A DNA stretch of 61,189 nt, counting the filler, from Sphacelaria rigidula (lineage: Eukaryota): the NCBI GenBank assembly GCA_964200075.2. It is 7 parts of 7 records of this genome, joined end to end, with 100 filler letters (N's around TTAATTAATTAA, not from the genome) between each part and the next. Parts side by side here need not be neighbours in the genome. Positions count along the whole stretch, not along the records: positions 35,028 to 43,681 come from CAXNAA020010473.1; positions 43,782 to 52,435 come from CAXNAA020010474.1; 5 more parts are not named here. The stretch is one strand, 5' to 3'. The notes beneath the pieces were generated by a model. That model ran no database searches, was not told the origin of the DNA, and saw only the letters and a list, made by a program, of their open reading frames with translations. A program made the translations under genes and the position numbers. Below, piece by piece: positions 39,010-51,400 of the stretch (positions are counted from its first letter, which is position 1; the number at the start of each line of letters is the position of its first letter).

Positions 39010-42000
39010 TCACGAGTACTTCCGCGTCGGCGAACGCAAACCTGTCCGTCTTGCAGGCGACGAGACCGACGCCGGTGGTTTCGCCCCGCCCTTCACACCT
39101 ACCACCTCGACGGAGTGGCGGTTGCTGGTGGCAGCAGCGGCGGCAGCGGCGGTGGATGGCGGGGTCGTTTCCGGAACATCTGATACACCCCGCGGTCCCC
39201 TCTCGCTGCTTTCCGGATTTTCGCGCTTGCTGTAAGTGGTACCGCCGCTGCGTGTCGTACGTGGGGATACCGTGGGGGAAGTCAGACCCGCAGTTGACGA
39301 AGAAGAACGCGCCGGGGAGTTTCTACTAATCTTTTGTGGTGATGCGCCCGCCGAGCTGTTTGTCGACGTCCTCTTCAGACTGCTCTCGCCGCTTCTCGTT
39401 TCCATCTCTAGCCCCATCGTTCGTTCTACTCCGACTTTTGCGCGATTTCTGTTCGTACGCTGTTCGTTCAACAAGTCTTGGCGGCGCGTTCTGCTGCCAT
39501 TGCTGCTCGGGCGCTGTTTCTCTAGTTCGCCAACTGGGTCTCCGTTGATGGCATCTTCGACGCTCCTACTGTTAGCATTCTCATTCTCCCGGGAACGTCC
39601 CATCGCGCAAGATTTACGCTTCGCGAGGTCCGTCACCGATGCTTCCGATGTAGCGAGACCATTGTCCGCACACGAAGATGCCACGTCCGCAGCGACGGAG
39701 CCACCCAGACTACTACCGCTACCGCCGCCGTTTTCTGGAGGAGGAGGAGCAGCAGCAGCAGCAGCAGCAGCAGGCTGCGGTAACGAGGACGACGGTCCGC
39801 ACTCCTCATCGCTGAGATCCTCAGAGATATCCAAGTCTTCTAACCGGTCGACTTTTGATTCGTCGGGTGCTTTCAAAATACTGTTGTATTCACTGCCGGG
39901 TGCCACAGGACCACCTCTGACACCAGCGCCGCCGCCGCCGCCTTCAGCGCCGTAGCCATGCACTTCAAAGCTGCTCTTTTTCGTGTCGTCGCAGCCGCCC
40001 ACCTTCTTCCCCTCGGTCGAACAAACGCCGCTGCTGTTGCTACCACCACCACCACCACCACCACCACCACCTGAGACATGCGGACTGACCCTGTGTGCCG
40101 CCTCCCCCCTCTTTACCGCCGCCGCTCGCTCCAATTGCCGCCGTGCTCGCTGCCTCCGCTCCCGCACCTGGGGGGCGTCTTCCACATTTGCATCACGGAT
40201 CATGTCCGCACCAACCCGTCTGCTCTTCGGGAAAGAAGGCGCATCACCAGCACATACCTTTTCACCGCTCTTTTGACCGTCTTCATCGGCCACACCACCG
40301 GGGGAGCTCCACCTTCTACTATTGTGCGCCCTTTTTGGGTGAAGAGACACGTCGGTCTCCTCATTGATTTCAGAGACTGACGAGCCCGCCGTCAAATTAG
40401 GGAACGGCGCTACTGGTCTCGGCGACTGCCGGGGTACGGACCCTGCCGATCCCCTCCTCTCCTCCTTGTCATCGGAATCATCTGTGATGGCCTTGTGGGG
40501 GCGCCGACGCTTGCCGATCGGCGTCGTCTTCGCGGGCATTGCCTCAGGACTAGCGGCAACAGGCATCTCGGAACCGTCAACATTATCATCTGCGGTTTTC
40601 TTCTCGCCACCGGCGTTGCTGTTGTCACTGGCTGAAGTTGGGCCGGTGAGCTCTACCGCCGTACCACCTTTCGACTGCTCCGTCCGACGCAGCCTTTCCG
40701 CTTGCGGCGTACCAGCCGCGGCTGACGCAGCATCCGCCAATGTAGATGATGACTCGTTGTCTCCGTCCGTCATTCCTGGCCTTCGCCTCGGTTCCGCCTT
40801 GTTGCTCTTCTTGCTGTCCACTTTTGCCGGGTCCTATTTGGAACAAGAGTGAAAAAAAGTCAAAACAGGTTACCTTCGTATCGGGAAACTCTCGACCGTG
40901 GGGTACCCAAGTTCGCGCCGGTGTATTCATTTCGCTGAGATAATATGTGAAATGTATACAGTACTGGGCAGGGGGTACAAGAATGTACCAAGTGAAAGCA
41001 ACCTTCAATACTTCCAAAAAATGGTCATTAAAACTGGCCTTGAAATGTAAATAAAACTGTACCTGCCCACAGCAGCGCTTTTAATACTCTTTGCTTTGTT
41101 ATGTTCCATCAAATCCATATCACAATCGATGGTCCCGGTTTTCCCGAGTCTGAAAATACCAGGGCTATACACGTTACACGTTCACGTTCACGTTACGTTT
41201 ATCACGTAAAAAAAAATAACGTTCACGTCACGTGACTTGTGTCAGGTAAATAAAAATATAACGTTACGTTGATGTTACATTTGAAAATTTAACGTTACGT
41301 TCATCACGTTAAAAAATAAACGTTACGTTATCGTTACATTTGAAAATTTAACGTTACGTTCATCACGAAAATAAATGAATAACGTTCACGTTACGTTTCG
41401 GCCTGAACCTAACGTGAAACGCTATGACACGTGTAACGTGTATAGCCCTGGCTATACATGTACACGTTCACGTTCACGTTACGTTCACGTGAAAAAAATA
41501 ACGTTCACATTACGTTTCGGCCAAAACGTAACGTGAACGTAACGTGTAACGCTATGGCATGTGTAACGTGTATAGCCCTGGAAAATACAGTAATGTCTTG
41601 GTTCCTGCCTCCCATTATCGCACAATGCATGCATCATTCTCCACTCGTTCGTAAACGTCGGATTTGACGACGGGACACTTCCATCAAGCACGCTTCTCTC
41701 CGTGTGGAGACGAAAAAAACGGCATCCACCCTTCCATCCCTTCTTCAAATCCCAACTGCTGAAAAACACCCATCCGCATTCTGACCAGATCGGTGCAACA
41801 AAACCTAGTAAAAAATATTACCCCGTGCGGTCTCCGTTTCCTGCACCCACTCTTCCTTTCCCCCCCAGCACCACTTTCGCCTTCCCTCGCCCCGAGGTGG
41901 TCGCCGAGCTTGACGCTTCCCTCACCATCATCCTCATCAACTGCTGCCTCCACCACACTAGATAGCCCCGAACCCAGACCGGCTTTCTCCTCCAGACCCC

Positions 42001-43319
42001 TACCGAAATGCTCGTCTTCGTCACCTCTTTGAACTCCATCGCAAACTTCATGCGCTGCTTCCAAAACAGTGCCGGTATCGCTCACATCCCCTGCGTCGTC
42101 CTCGCCATCATCTGGCACAGCGAGCCCTCCTGCGCTTTGAACCCCCGCCCCCGCCATGGCTGCCGCGCCGATCCCCGCGGTTCCTTGTGCAACCTCCTCC
42201 AACTGTGTTTCCTCTTCATCCTCCTCGTCCTCCTGTCGGAGCGATGGTTTCGTCGGGTCCATCGCCGGCGTCGAAGTACTATCTTCCGCCGCCGCCGCCA
42301 GTGGCGGCACCGGGGGATCCGGCAACCGCCCCCGCTTCTTATCGACACTGCTACTGTTGCTGCTGCTTCTAGCACCGTCGCTTTCGACCGACTTTCGCTT
42401 CCTCGGGTGCGTATGCGTTTTGCCATGTTCAGCACAAGCACTAGCGAAAGCAGCACCAGCAGCACCAGCTGCACTATCACCGCTGCTCTCCGTAGCTCTA
42501 GAAGACGAGTCACCCCTCGCGTTTCCATCAGCGCCGCCGGCGTGCGCATGGCAACTGCCCTCGCCCCCCACGACTGAGGAACTACTAGCTCCGGCGACTG
42601 CGCCTGTAGTCTCACTACGAGCAGCAGACTTGGTCTGGGTGAGATCTGATTCGCTCGCTGCGGTTGTGGTGCCCATTGCTGTTGCTGCTGCTGCTGCGAC
42701 TGCCGCTGCCGCCGCCTTCCCCTTACCGCCTCCCTTCGCCGCTCGTCGGGCGTCTTCTAGCTTCATGTAGCGGGCCCTGATATGTTCACGTTTTCGTCAT
42801 AAAAAACGCCAACAATCCAAGAGAAATGAGAGCCGGCAACCTCGCCCGCCCCCCGCTCAAAAGAATAAGGGTCAAGTACGAGAGTAGTGAAACGAATCAG
42901 GTTCAAAATCACAGTCTCGTGATGGAAGGGTTGGTGGAGTCACTACCCCCCTTCCCTCCTTTTCAAAGAGAAGAGTAATGGGCTAGTCACTCTCGGCCCT
43001 CCAACACTATTCCCCCATGCAACACGAGGCGAGAAATCGGCAACGTCTCAGAAATAAACAAACAAACGCATATGCTGAAAACGTACACCAGGGAAGAGGT
43101 ATTGACATTTGCAAACGTTCATACTGCTATCGAAAAATTGTCGTACAGGTATCCACATGTTATGGAAGTACACACTCACTTGCACTCCTTCAGCAGTTCT
43201 ATGAGCCTCCCCCGGTCATCCCTGATGTCCTTCGGGGTGAAAAGCTTCGGCGAGAAGTACTGTCGTAGATTGTCGTCCACGTCAGAGGATGTTACTGCTG
43301 GCCATGTCTTGCAGATCTC
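39010..43319 (-). CDS. 3' part of a large protein with a long disordered C-terminal region; possibly the end of a Ulp1/SENP (C48) protease domain
   Basis: Exons 43319-43180 (ccag|EICKTWPAV...LIELLKEC AA|gtgagt), 42776-41822 (cag|G ARYMKLED...RRPHG|gtaata) and 40833-39010 (tag|DPAKVDSKK...RKYS stop). Phases 2 and 0 match and the joined reading frame is open for about 970 codons. The Ulp1 idea rests only on resemblance of FTPKDIRDDRGRLIELL to the terminal helix of SENP catalytic domains. Confidence 0.8.
41160..41580. mobile_element. hAT-family MITE (tandem or self-nested dimer) with dense ACGT subterminal repeats
   Basis: TIR CAGGGCTATACACGTTACAC / GTGTAACGTGTATAGCCCTG and a perfect 8-bp TSD GAAAATAC (41152-41159 and 41581-41588). 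An extra internal 3' TIR ends at 41450. Confidence 0.92.
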
Positions 43320-46300
43320 CTGGAAGGAAAAAAGCGACAACGACAAAAAATACAAAAAATATGTAACGGAAGTAAGTGATATGTACGTTGTATTTTTCAC
43401 AACTGGCACCCGATCCCTGATTTGTCTTCGTCCAAAGGGGGGGAGGGGGACGTTTACTCCAGACGTAGTCAGAGTTCCAAGAGAATGACACGAATTCACC
43501 GTGAGTCTGAGAAATCGAACCAATGTTGATGTGGTAGCCACAAGAAGATAGCTCGGCTGAGTTGCGAAGTCTCCGCAAAACTATTCCCCCTCCCCCCCCC
43601 CCCTCCCCCAGCAAATTGCGATTTCGGGTGGGGGACCTAGACCTGCCAGAAAGGAGGAAAAGATATAACAGTCGTCGTGTGNNNNNNNNNNNNNNNNNNN
43701 NNNNNNNNNNNNNNNNNNNNNNNNNTTAATTAATTAANNNNNNNNNNNNNNNNNNNNNNNNNNNNNNNNNNNNNNNNNNNNGGGGGTATCCACGCAACTT
43801 TTGCGCCATTTCACGTGTTTGGGCTGCGTGTACCTGGGTTGTAACGCTAAAATAAAGCTTGGGGATTGATTCGTCAGGAGTCGACTCATTATACTGAAAC
43901 CAAATAATTTCCAGACGAATCATTATTTGTCCGACCCTTGGTATGTTTCACCTCAATGCCGGGATCAAACCGCGTGAGACCGAATCTCCCAACCGAAAAT
44001 GAAGGCTTCCGATCTTTTCACGAACTCAGTGGACCAAATGGTTGAAGGCACCCGCGAATACGTCTGAGCCCCGAGAGCTTCGAGTTATCCATCAAAATCT
44101 TTGACAGCTAGTGGTTCATGCCCCACCCGATTCACAAGCCCAAAGGAAAATGGGAATGCCGATTCACTATTCGTGCGTAGTAAAACTCGAAAGACGACAA
44201 TTGCAATCTTGACCGACCATGACAGGTAGGGGCCAAGCCATGATCAGTCTGATCACTAACTTGTTTCTCAACATTCTCGGCCCTCACGGACGGGAGTCAT
44301 CAGATATGGCTCCGAGCTCAACTCTCTTCCAGCGCTGCAAACCGGACACCGGATGTGCGCATCGCGGGAAATGTCATACTTCTGCTCTTACCCGCGATGG
44401 CCACATTTTCCATTTTTCAAACACAAGCACAAAGCTGAAGAAAATATTTCCGCAGTCAGTACACGCCACTACATTGTAGCTGTAGCTTCTTCGATGCAAG
44501 GAAAGATATCGCTCTCTTACAGCAAAACGGCGGAGTGTAGTGGATGCAACGTAATGTGTCTACACCCGCCTTTAGTGTAATCTAGATATTACAGATCGCA
44601 GAGGATGCCGGTGGAACAGTGACATGAAAAAACTCCGCACAAAAATCGACGTAGCGATAATCCGTTCGAGGCGACCAACGGAACAGTCAGTGATACAAAT
44701 CAGTTCTTCAGCAGTGCCCAACAGTACACTGCTGTAATCAAGAAAGTACAACAGTTTCGTGCTTTGATGCTCATTTGCTAACACAGGGCATCACCCTCAA
44801 CAGCTCAGCCCAGGGTGTATGCACTTTGCAGCATTGCATCAATGACTTCGCCTACAGGGTGTGCTCTGTATTAGGCGGTTGCAAGAATAATTAAATACCT
44901 CCAGCTCTTACGGGAAGCAGTGAGTGTTGCTGTACTTCACTGAACTGGACTAAACTGAAAGGAGCTACCAAGTGGCACGGGTGGACGGCTAGGGTGTAGG
45001 GCAAACTAGTATAGTAGACCCCGTGCACAACAATATCCTTGTGTGGACGATATGAACGACACTACGGTAGAGATGTTTGTCCATCACGAACAGAACTTGG
45101 ATGACCGATCATTACAATCGGACAGTACCGTACAGTCTCCACCTTCCACCCTGTTCCACGTTCGCTGTATAGTGCCATTTTCGTTACCCGTCATTATCTT
45201 TGGTCCAAAATTAATTTGATCCAACCCGCAAGAACACATCCTACAGTTCCCAAGCGTATCTCTGGTGCAGCGATAGTCGATGGAATGACAACCGAATGTA
45301 GACAACAGTACTAAACGGCATACAAATAGTAGATAGATACAATACAGCGCAGGGGAGGACAGCCCCATGACTGGACGATAACTCTCTCCATCCGCGCCCC
45401 ACCGTATTATTTTGGTCCACCAGTCACGACATGGAGCGGTCATATCCAATTTCACCACGTTAATGTATGTAGATACACGCTCTGCTTTTTTTGTCCAAGT
45501 GTGTCAAACACTTACTTCAGCTTACGGAGGGGGTTGCAGAGGCTTTGTCCCCGCAAGACGCTGATTTGACTGGGACAACTGTATCGTCTGTGCTGTACGG
45601 TACGACTGTTGCAGAGATAATGCATGGAACGGATGATGGCGCAACATGCACATTTTCATTTTCGGCCGTACAACACGAGGGTCTGCACGCAGCAAGAACA
45701 TTCGACGAGTACCGTCTGCAAAGACCACCGCGTCGTTTGTGCGTGGCTGCCTACTGCTCTCTCTGCACGTACAGACAAGTCTATATATATAGCGTCCCTG
45801 TGCTGCGCACAACTCAAGAGATGATCAATAGGACGGACAACATGCCACAGTGCAAGCAAGATGTATGCCTCTCGAATACAATTGAGGTGCGGCTGCTATC
45901 GACCCCTAGCGATGAAATTTACCAGGGGGCAACACACAGAGTACATGCGGTCCCATGTTTGGCCATGTTTTGACCATACCAGGTGCATGTCTGTCGACCA
46001 TAGCAAGCGCATGTCCTTTGCTCCATCTGTTTTCGACGGTTACTAATCCGGTGCGGATGTGGGGGAAGTACGCAGGGGTACACTGTGTTTTGGGGCAGTT
46101 ATCCTGCACGTAGTATCATTTTAGGACGAGCATACACAGGCGGCAAGAATTCAGCTAGTGTTCGAGTGGTGATTGAAATGCGCTTAGAATAAATGAGGTC
46201 CTAGCAATTCGCGGATGATCTCGTAGATGTCTTCAGTGAAATTGCACGGACACCTGGAACGATGATTACGTCTGGACGCGAATAGAGTTAGTACGATTCG

Positions 46301-47102
46301 TCTCGATGTCCTCGAAACAAGGTGGGGACTCGTGCCTGTTGCGCCACTTTAATCGTTCGGCGCTTGTTTCGTGCGCAAGGAAGAGCGTCGAAAAGAGACA
46401 TGGGAAAAACAGGTTTTGCCAGGTATGAAATAGAGTAGCGGAACGAGCACGACATGGAACAAAGACACGCACATAGAAGACGCTCAAGTATGAAGGTGGA
46501 ACGTGTTTCAAGTGCAGTGTGTGCCGAACATATCAGGCGCAAACATTACACAAGCGATTCCTATTATCGAAGCTTATTCACAAATGCAAACGCGTAACGA
46601 AAATAATGCACGAAAAACGAAAATGCGGGATGGATGCGCATGGTTTCCAAGGCAAACATATGAAGAAAACTGAAGGAACCCATGGATGACACTCCAAAGA
46701 GTCGTACGTGGAGGATACGGTACGGACGGTGATACACAGACAGGAGAAGAGTACCATGACAAACTGTGTTTATACGCTACTCTTTTTTTCCAACCAGGAA
46801 AAGGAGAAAATACAAAGCACGAGCAGAAAGAACGACGATACACGATGAGTAAGTACATGTACAACACAGGTTTTGTACCAAGGTAGCAGCTGCACGCACG
46901 AGTAACGCCTTCACAGTAGAGAACAATGGGACGCACATCAAACATGCTGTTCATCACAACAATACAGTGTGAACAGGCAGTACTACTGCACACTATGCAC
47001 GCACACTCCAAGGCACAAACCACAACCTCAGACCAAACATGCACGAACGAAACACGGGAAAGCGGAGGTACGTACATGCCCAACAGAACACGACAGACTC
47101 AC

Positions 47103-48496
47103 GTGATCCGACATAGGGGGGGCGGAGCTTGACCTCTGCAGCATTGCTCCCGCAAACGCGTGGTCCACATCACCGATCGCACCCTTGGTCGTTCCCGAGG
47201 CAGATTCACCGCCGCTCCCCGGGACAGCAGTAGCACCCCAAACACCACGACCGCCTGGCCCCCCACCTTCACCTCCACCACCACCGGAGGACGCAGACCC
47301 CGTGACCACAGTAGCCGCATTCGCCAAGAATGCGGCCGCAGCAGCAGCGCTGTTGCTTTGTTCGGCCATTGATGTACTGCTGCCCGTCGATTGTTGCTTG
47401 CTTTGAGGGTCGACGTCGAAACCTGGGGAGCGAGATCGTCCACTCGGCAGGCCACCCCCACCGTTCGTGGATGACGACGTCGCTGTAGCGAAACTTACCA
47501 ACTGTTGTTTTCAGAATGGGGCAGGGTGTGCGGTATGCAGGGTATGCGGGGAAAGAGAGGCGCGAGAGGGGAGGGAAGGGCAGGAGGGGTTGGACTGGTT
47601 TCCAAAATATTGGGCCGTGTGTATATACCTTGTAGACCGCATGTATTGGTTATATTATAGAGGCTCAGCGTACGGTAATTGTGCTAGTTTTCGGAGACGG
47701 TCACCTACAGGTGAAGGACAAGATTAGCATGTTTTTGGATTTGTTTTTCTTGTACAAGGTCTGTCCTCAATTTCCGCACGCGGCGTATGTGTGGCTTGCG
47801 CAGAAGCAAGTAGTAAAAGGTGAGGTATTGTGTATATGCTGTCTAATGCTGCACAGTCCAGTCGTGTGGGTCGCTAATTCATGGCTGGCCACCTGCGTTG
47901 GTCGCAGGAAGGGCTCGTGCCCGAGAGCTCTGGTCGTCAGAATACGATGTTCCTCTTTCCGGAGGCGAGAAATGCAGAGCTGCAGGTTGAAACGACATAA
48001 CCTGAACTAACAGTGGGGTGAAAAGCATAGCCTTTTCGGGTCTCTCAACTTGAAACAACTACCAAAACAGTCCGCGCAGGTCACGCTGGTGCACGGACCA
48101 TCAATAAAAGATGAGTTTCTTCATCAACTCCTACATCGAAGTAGCTTATATTGACGGTCATTTGGGGCTAAGATTGGGCACCATTGCGAAATACTCTTCT
48201 CCCTCAAACATCTCTACTCTGAAACATGTGGCTTGGCACAGAACAGAGAAAGCGCTGTGCACGGCACTCAACACAGTACAGAATTCCAGGCAACACTAAT
48301 CAAATGGCACACTCACCGGAGTAGACGAGGACGTCGACCCAACGCCAGCACCACCACCGCCCCCTGAATCACCACCACCGCCGCCTCCGCCACCAGTGCT
48401 GTCGAGCCCCACAACACCTGTAACATTGATGTTCATATTGAGGTGTGATACACCTACATCGACGGCACCCGTGGCACCACCTCGATGCCCATCCAT
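47103..48496 (-). CDS. 5' part (two exons) of a Gly/Ser/Ala-rich protein; possible Pumilio-like N-terminus
   Basis: Exon 48496-48317 (ATG MDGHRGG...SSSTP|gtgagt, 60 codons) and exon 47501-47103 (cag|LVSFATA...AMLQRSSSAPPMSDH|gtgagt, 133 codons), both phase 0. RSSSAPP resembles the RSGSAPP motif of plant PUF N-termini. No PUF repeats are visible in the contig. Confidence 0.7.
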
Positions 48497-51400
48497 GACC
48501 ACCAGCCAGTCCTCTTTATCAGGCGGTATGGTGAGCAGTACTGGGGGGAAGCACTAGTGCACTAGTGCTCACCTCTTCCTCTCTGAGAGCTCAACTGAGG
48601 GGAAAGTATTCGTGTTTTTTGTTGTACTGCGAGGAATCGTGAAGCTGCAAGTCTTACAGTGTCTTGGTTGACCCAAGCCCTTCGACTGCATCAGAGAATG
48701 GAAGCACACCTGTCCTCGAAATTTTCCGTGTTATTTTCCAGCATGATGTGGTATAGCACCCCTCTACCGGCCAAGTGCAAGCGAAACTCCGTGCACGTTC
48801 GATTGTCTTGCGTCTTGCATGCTTTTCCATTCGGTATACGTTGTGGCAACTGCTTTCCATCGCACATAGTTTCTCGATTATATGTGACATCGAATACGGG
48901 GAAGCATATATTTTCAAAAGTATATCCGCGTTTCCCCTCTCAAAGCATGACGTTAGATTGCACTCCCCTCCTCTTCAGGGCGTTGTTGTTTTTCCTACGA
49001 CAACCCGTCTCGATTCCTCCGAAAATTATCGTCCGTAACCACGTCGATTTCTCCGCCAACCGCCTAAACCCTCACATTTGAAGAGACAAACTTTTGATGG
49101 TTCCAAGTTATATGAATCTCCGGTACTTTCAACAGTGGCGAGCCTAGTTTTGAGAAATTAGAAAAGCCGTGGTTGGAGATCCTCACCACCTGTACGAGTA
49201 GGTGTTTAAAACATTATATGATACGCCAGTATCTCTATTACGGTAGATGATCGAAGCTAACAATTTCATGCTGCTGCAGAGTGGTCAAAATAGTGATGCA
49301 GTGCCGAGAAAGCGCAGGGATTTCTTTGATTTTGGGCAGTCTTGGGTACAGTAGGTTATGAATGGTGGCGAATGTATCTTACGGCTGCTGCGCAAACTTT
49401 GTTGAACCGGCGAAAATGGTGGATGTCCGATCAAACACAGACGATGCAACCATCCAGGAACAGTCAAGATCAAGATTTCGGCCGAATCACTATTATACGA
49501 GTATCGTTTGGCCAAAAGAAGAGCAGGCGCTTGCAACTAGGTACAACAGCGTTACGCATGCATGTGTGCCATACATGAAGACTCGAGTATCATTCGTACC
49601 CCTACATCCCTACTACTGCTATCATCTGGTGGACGTGTGTTGACATTTCTCTCTGGGTTCTCAGAGCAGGAATAGTCGGAAGTTGAGATGGGACGACCCA
49701 AGCGTCAACTTAAAATGGCAATGTTCGAAACGTTGTCATTATTCACGTATATCAGCATCATCATTGTGGTCAAGATGGCGTATCCCGACGAATCGAGACA
49801 ACAGGTGCCTGTTCAAACACACATACAGGAGCACGTTGTTTCTGGTTGCTGGAATCATCCTTTTTTCTTCGTTGTTTTGCATGTACTACGTAGCAACCAG
49901 CCTCGGGATCGAGGATAGAGACAGTACCACCCGTATGCTGTTATCGGCCGTCCACTTGTTGCATACTGTAGTATACAGAGTACAAGTTACAGAGTTCGAG
50001 ATATATTTACTCTTCCTTATCCGTATCATCGTATGTATGAATTTATCCTGCTACCACTTACTGCTGGTTCCCCCTGGCACAGCTAAAAATGAAATGGGTA
50101 GAACTCACTCGCTGCACTTCCTGTGTTTATGAAAAAAATGTTACTGTCTGTAACATGTCTACTTTGTTTGTTGGCTCGCCGCCGATTCTTGCCTGAGGAA
50201 TGTGCGGGGGGGGGGGGTTACTCGACGAGGCGGCCACCTCGGAAGGACTTCTATACATGATCTTTGTACTCTCTGAGAGCATCCCAGATCACTTCTTCTC
50301 CGATCTTTCGTATTATCAGGTAAACTTTCGCCGAACTAGCGATATCTCAAAGACAGGAAAAAGGGGTATCACATGTCTACAATTACTTCCTTCAGCCCAT
50401 CCATCATGAGTGCTGCTGCTATGGAACGACATGAGGAACTTCGGTCGTTCGAGAGATGGTGGATCGATAAAAAAAAAAGTAAAACCGGGAGTAGTACGAA
50501 ATATTGAAAAAAGTGAGTGGCTCACGGGAATCCTCGCATAGATCATCAGCAAGTTTCTTCTATGGGGCGGCACAATCTGCGAAGCCCCCCATTCTGAGCA
50601 GAAATTCGCGGCGAGCCATCAGAAGCATTATGAAGTTATTTTCGAGAGGTTTTTCTGATACATTGACCAAAAAAAAGGCGGACCTATTCGTATTGACGTT
50701 GTAGCCCAAAGATGAAGAGGGCGACCGCCACGAAGATGTTGATGGACAACTGCGAACGCAGGGAAGAGCAAGTTTCTCCGGGAACTATCTAGGTAGAAGA
50801 TAAAACATGATAAAAATACAGGGTTTATATTCCAACACTTAGTTGTCTCGGGACGGGGTAATAATAAGCGAATAGTTTCGTTACTGATGCTGCGATACCC
50901 CCTACGAACCAACCGTGAGATTGCCTTGAAGAAAATACCCATACAGCACAACATGATGAGTGATGGTTTCACACTGTGTGAAACGCCTCGTATGGGCGGT
51001 ATTGGCGAAAAATGATCCCAAGCATGGGAGATCCCAGCTGCCCGGTATGCTCAGCTTTTCTTCTCACAATGGTCTACATGCACAGCAGGTACTACTTCCT
51101 CAAATCAGCCATTTATTTGATGGGGGCGGGGGGGGGGGGGGGGGGGATAAGGCGGTTTGGGTGTCGTTTTAACTTTTTTTAAAATCGGAAAAGCACGAGT
51201 TGTAACNNNNNNNNNNGCGGTGGCGACCTCTGGGCGGGGGGGCTGGGGGGGGATGGGGGGGAGGGGGGGGGGGGGGCGGGGTGGTCGAGCGGGGGAAGCT
51301 ATCGCGGCATCGGTATCGTTTCAACTTCTTGTTAGCTATATGAGAACAAGGTGAGGCTGCGCAGGGGGCGGGCTACTCTCTGTTCGATGCGCGCGAGGTA

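Noticed and set aside
41160..41580. CRISPR-like or iteron-like repeat array
   Set aside because: There is no constant repeat-spacer period, and TIRs plus a perfect 8-bp TSD identify it as a MITE.
39236..42770. Long plus-strand ORFs (e.g. 39236-39955, 42156-42770) and the antisense ORFs over 10200-13700
   Set aside because: They are shadow frames of GC-rich low-complexity exons on the opposite strand.
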